Position numbers and translations under genes: made by a program. Positions 61,368 to 64,000 of a DNA stretch of 64,000 nucleotides are shown one piece after another (within the stretch, counting starts at the first letter, position 1; every line of letters starts with the position of its first letter). Below the pieces are notes generated by a model. It saw only the letters and a list, made by a program, of their open reading frames with translations, searched no databases and was not told where the DNA came from. Source of the stretch: Minisyncoccota bacterium (lineage in GTDB: Bacteria; Patescibacteriota; Minisyncoccia; Phycocordibacterales; JABAAK01); contig OZ244141.1 in NCBI GenBank assembly GCA_965216295.1, forward strand, positions 4,864 through 68,863, read 5' to 3'.

Positions 61368-62329
61368 ATTAGTTTTAGTTTATCGGTTGACTGTCTCGCA
61401 TCTTCCGTTTGATCAACTCCTGAATTACGCTCCCAGAATACACCGTTTGCGTATCCTTGAATTGTATTATCCTCTTCGGCAAATCCAATTCTCTTTTCGG
61501 CAAGACAACAGTATTCTTCATTCATTTCAATACCAATATATTTTCTATTGAGTTTTTTCGCTACAACGGAAGTTGTTCCAGAGCCAAGGAAAGGGTCTAA
61601 AACGACATCACCTTCATTTGTAGAAGCCAGTATCACTTTCGCCACCAATTTCTCAGGTTTCTGTGTGGGGTGGTCAGTATTCTCTGGCATTGACCAGAAA
61701 GGGATTGTTATATCGGTCCACAAATTTGAGGGATGAGTTAATCTGAACTTACCATCATCATCTTCAGACCAATCTTTAGCTACTCCATTTTCTCTATAAG
61801 GAGCAATTACCTTCTTCTTTAACTTTACGGCATCAACCTTAAATTTGTAATTATCTGACACTGTTGCAAACCAAATATCCTCTGAACAGTTTTTCCAGTT
61901 TGATAATGCACCTCTGCCTTTCTCTCTTTCCCAAGACACTCTATTCCTAATTTTCAAATGCTTATCTAGTATATTAAATATCATTTGAGATGTTTTCCAA
62001 TCGCAACAAACGTAAACTGAGGAGGTTGTTTTAAGGGTATGTTTAATAGAAAGTAACCACTCTTCAAATAGTTTTTCATATTCTTCAGCCTTTTTTATGC
62101 GAAATTTATTATTACCAAAATCTTTATTAAGATTGTAAGGAGGGTCAATAAATAAAAGATCTACAGAAGCATCTGGTAGATGTGGTGCAACCTCAGACAA
62201 TTGAGCGTGGATTGTTTTGTTGAAAATATCACCCTTCAACATTTTATTTGTAAGCAACCGCTTCCTTAAGACTTTCATTTCCTCTTCGGTCATAGAAGTA
62301 GTCCTATTATTTTTTGCTCTTTTTTTCAT
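61364..62329 (-). CDS. DNA methyltransferase (N6-adenine/N4-cytosine, beta-class; ParB-less N6_N4_Mtase family).
   Basis: Motif IV LLFIDPPYN comes before motif I VVLDPFLGSGTT (circularly permuted order). 321 aa. Confidence 0.8.
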   Translation of the reverse strand: MKKRAKNNRTTSMTEEEMKVLRKRLLTNKMLKGDIFNKTIHAQLSEVAPHLPDASVDLLFIDPPYNLNKDFGNNKFRIKKAEEYEKLFEEWLLSIKHTLKTTSSVYVCCDWKTSQMIFNILDKHLKIRNRVSWEREKGRGALSNWKNCSEDIWFATVSDNYKFKVDAVKLKKKVIAPYRENGVAKDWSEDDDGKFRLTHPSNLWTDITIPFWSMPENTDHPTQKPEKLVAKVILASTNEGDVVLDPFLGSGTTSVVAKKLNRKYIGIEMNEEYCCLAEKRIGFAEEDNTIQGYANGVFWERNSGVDQTEDARQSTDKLKLI

Positions 62330-62333
62330 AAAT

Positions 62334-62513
62334 TTAATTTGTTTTAGTGTTGCTTAAAAAGTTATCGAACTCACTCTTTTCAATCCGAAATTCCTTTCCA
62401 ATCTTATACGCTTTCAGACGACCTGCCTTGATGTAGCGGTAAATCGTCATTATGTTTACATCTAGCTTTTCAGCTAAATCTTCTGCTTTGTAAAATCCTT
62501 TTTCTTTTTCCAT
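62334..62513 (-). CDS. Small excisionase/MerR-like HTH DNA-binding protein (59 aa); candidate controller of the R-M operon or an Xis.
   Basis: Read by hand as MEKEKGFYKAEDLAEKLDVNIMTIYRYIKAGRLKAYKIGKEFRIEKSEFDNFLSNTKTN. The TIYRYIKAGRL..KIGKEFRI segment matches the HTH_17/excisionase pattern. Confidence 0.5.
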   Translation of the reverse strand: MEKEKGFYKAEDLAEKLDVNIMTIYRYIKAGRLKAYKIGKEFRIEKSEFDNFLSNTKTN

Positions 62514-62829
62514 AGTTTTATCTAGTTATTATACTTTACAATAGTTTACACAGCAATTCAGCTCATTGTGGAGAAAAGAAGTTTCCCCAAGTACTCTTTC
62601 TTTTCTGTGACGGTCCACTTCGGATTGTCTCTGGTAGCTACTTGGTATTCTTTGGCAACCCTTTCCCAAATCTTTAGCTCATCTTCAGGATACAAATCAC
62701 GCTGAAAGTTACTAACCGTTTCTTCAAGAGAAGTCTTTTCAACCTCTTCAATTTTTTCTTTGTATTTCTGAACCCTGAAAAAGTTGAAGAAACTGCAAAA
62801 TCTCTGGGTTTTGACATCTAAAATACTTA

Positions 62830-63160
62830 TAAGTTCTGAAGTGCGACATTTTGAAACATATCTAAAATCCCACTAAACTGCAATTCACTCTTTATCTTCT
62901 TCCAATTTGCAGTTCTGAACTTGTCCAGCACTGGGAGCTCCTTCCCTACAATATCAACTAATACGAGAGGAGGAGTTAAAAAAAATATTATAAAAAACTA
63001 AATGATTGTTTAGAAGCATACAAAGCTTTCATTGAATCTGAAAAAATTACACTCTTTGGATATTGTTATCTCAATATCCCTATTTTTATATTAATAATAC
63101 TCTTTGCTTTCTGTTTGTGTTGTGGATCCGATGATTTCTACCATTTCATACCGCCTAATT
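62830..63160 (+). repeat. Right copy of the imperfect direct repeat (gaagtgcgacattttgaaaca ... ctttgctttctgtttgtgttgtggatccgatgatttctac).
   Basis: See the left copy. The spacing between blocks is 263 nt here and 74 nt in the left copy. Confidence 0.45.
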
Positions 63161-63206
63161 TATATTCATGAACCTTTTGATCAGTATTTCTACCAATAAA
63201 TTATCT

Positions 63207-63659
63207 TTATGCAAAATCTTTATAATCATATCGTTTAACATCTAATTTATCATTTACAGAAAAAATATATACATTATTTCGTGATGCAAATAATTTTGGT
63301 ATTCTTTTTAATGCAATTTTAGCAGTTTCTTTTGGCAGAGCCAAGCCATAATAAGCACCTCCTTTAATGCTCTTTTCTGAGGTTGTGTCATCCTTTTTAA
63401 TTGTAGATGTATTCATTCTCGTACAAAGTTGCCCTAATGCTGATAAAAAATTCTCTTTACACGGTTTACCTGTTTTTTTAAGAATATTTCTTCCTTTTGC
63501 TTCTATATAAAAATATCTACTACATCTTCTGTTTATTAATGTTATATCTACACCGCCATCAGTTTTACGTTTAGGACTTGCTGTTTTCCATTTATTTTGC
63601 AAAAAATGTACAACTGCCTTTTCAACGTCTTCTTCTTTTAATTCTATCCATTTTTTCAT
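63207..63659 (-). CDS. Hypothetical protein with a PD-(D/E)xK nuclease-like motif.
   Basis: GGVDITLINRRCSRYFYIEAKG (D..(x)n..E.K pattern), 150 aa, basic. Confidence 0.35.
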   Translation of the reverse strand: MKKWIELKEEDVEKAVVHFLQNKWKTASPKRKTDGGVDITLINRRCSRYFYIEAKGRNILKKTGKPCKENFLSALGQLCTRMNTSTIKKDDTTSEKSIKGGAYYGLALPKETAKIALKRIPKLFASRNNVYIFSVNDKLDVKRYDYKDFA

Positions 63660-63870
63660 ATATTTTACTTTAAATTAAATGTTTTTATCTACATCTAACT
63701 CTTTTTCTTTCTCACTCATACTTCAATCTCATTAAATCTTACCGACCATACACTCAACTGGTGTTTCCTCCACAACTATTCCGAGCATGACAAAGGAAGT
63801 AACCATAACAAAAATACCACCCGTGCCCTTCACACATAGTTATACATTTTTCACAAAAAATACCAATTAA

Positions 63871-64000
63871 TTATTTCTCAGGAGTATTATTTGTTTTTTC
63901 ATCAGGTGATGTCGTCTCTTTTTGTTCTTCGCCTTTCTCACTTACCTCTTTTTGTTGTACAGACCCTGTGGTAGCTGCTTCTTGCACCTCTCCCTCATCT
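63871..64000 (-). CDS. 3' end of a minus-strand ORF that continues beyond the window (acidic, low-complexity C-terminus ...TSPDEKTNNTPEK).
   Basis: Open frame from the window edge to TAA at 63871-63873. Confidence 0.25.
   Translation of the reverse strand, partial: DEGEVQEAATTGSVQQKEVSEKGEEQKETTSPDEKTNNTPEK

Larger units (their letters stand above)
59561..63200. mobile_element. Putative degraded integrated element at the 3' end of ssrA. It is AT-rich and carries a recombinase remnant and a Type II R-M cassette. The right boundary is not defined and may extend past the window.
   Basis: An abrupt fall in GC after tmRNA, a frameshifted serine-recombinase fragment beside ssrA, an R-M operon, and two copies of a repeat (59590-59760 and 62830-63160). 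Confidence 0.4.

Noticed and set aside
62560-62835. Open minus-strand frame (..FQRDLYPEDELKIWERVAKEYQVATRDNPKWTVTEKKEYLGKLLFSTMS) between the HTH gene and the right repeat.
   Set aside because: No in-frame ATG, GTG or TTG start with a plausible context was found. It may be a gene fragment.

Overview
The window is 64 kb of a compact, gene-dense bacterial genome at roughly 40% GC, read with the standard code (TGA is used as a stop, for example in the ATGA overlap at 3487-3490). The gene content and style look like a small-genome Patescibacteria/CPR-type organism. This is inference from the mix of housekeeping genes, giant surface proteins and a 16S gene with no 23S or 5S beside it.

Most genes are on the minus strand. 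From the left, the window holds:
- murD joined in frame, through a repetitive disordered linker, to a TrwB/VirD4-like ATPase that is preceded by a 58-aa transmembrane ORF.
- A complete 16S rRNA gene with no 23S or 5S in the window.
- Envelope and housekeeping genes on the minus strand, in coordinate order: secF, secD, an FtsW/RodA-type gene, a small hypothetical membrane protein, an ABC-F ATPase, murA, a second hypothetical membrane protein, mqo and a DM13-domain protein.
- Two plus-strand hypothetical membrane proteins between the DM13 gene and the giant-gene block.
- A 29.6-kb block (17496-47142, 46% of the window) of three tandem, translationally linked giant genes encoding 2006-, 4144- and 3715-aa proteins. 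Each protein has a signal peptide and repeated Ig-like 'VDTTPP' domains. All three share a C-terminal peptidoglycan-binding module whose DNA is nearly identical between paralogs.
- A toxin-antitoxin cluster: a Doc-like ORF, and a DUF4065/Panacea antitoxin paired with a HigB/RelE-like toxin.
- tRNA-Ser(GGA), ruvX and tRNA-Pro(CGG) packed together, then pyrG, recG with a terminator, a tRNA with a UAU anticodon, dcd, ung and ftsH.
- smpB followed by tmRNA (ssrA).
- Immediately 3' of ssrA, an AT-rich segment that looks horizontally acquired. It carries a frameshifted serine-recombinase remnant and a Type II restriction-modification cassette (HTH, then methyltransferase, then endonuclease) flanked by imperfect direct repeats. 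A PD-(D/E)xK-like ORF lies at the window edge.

No CRISPR array, 23S/5S rRNA gene or reverse transcriptase was seen.
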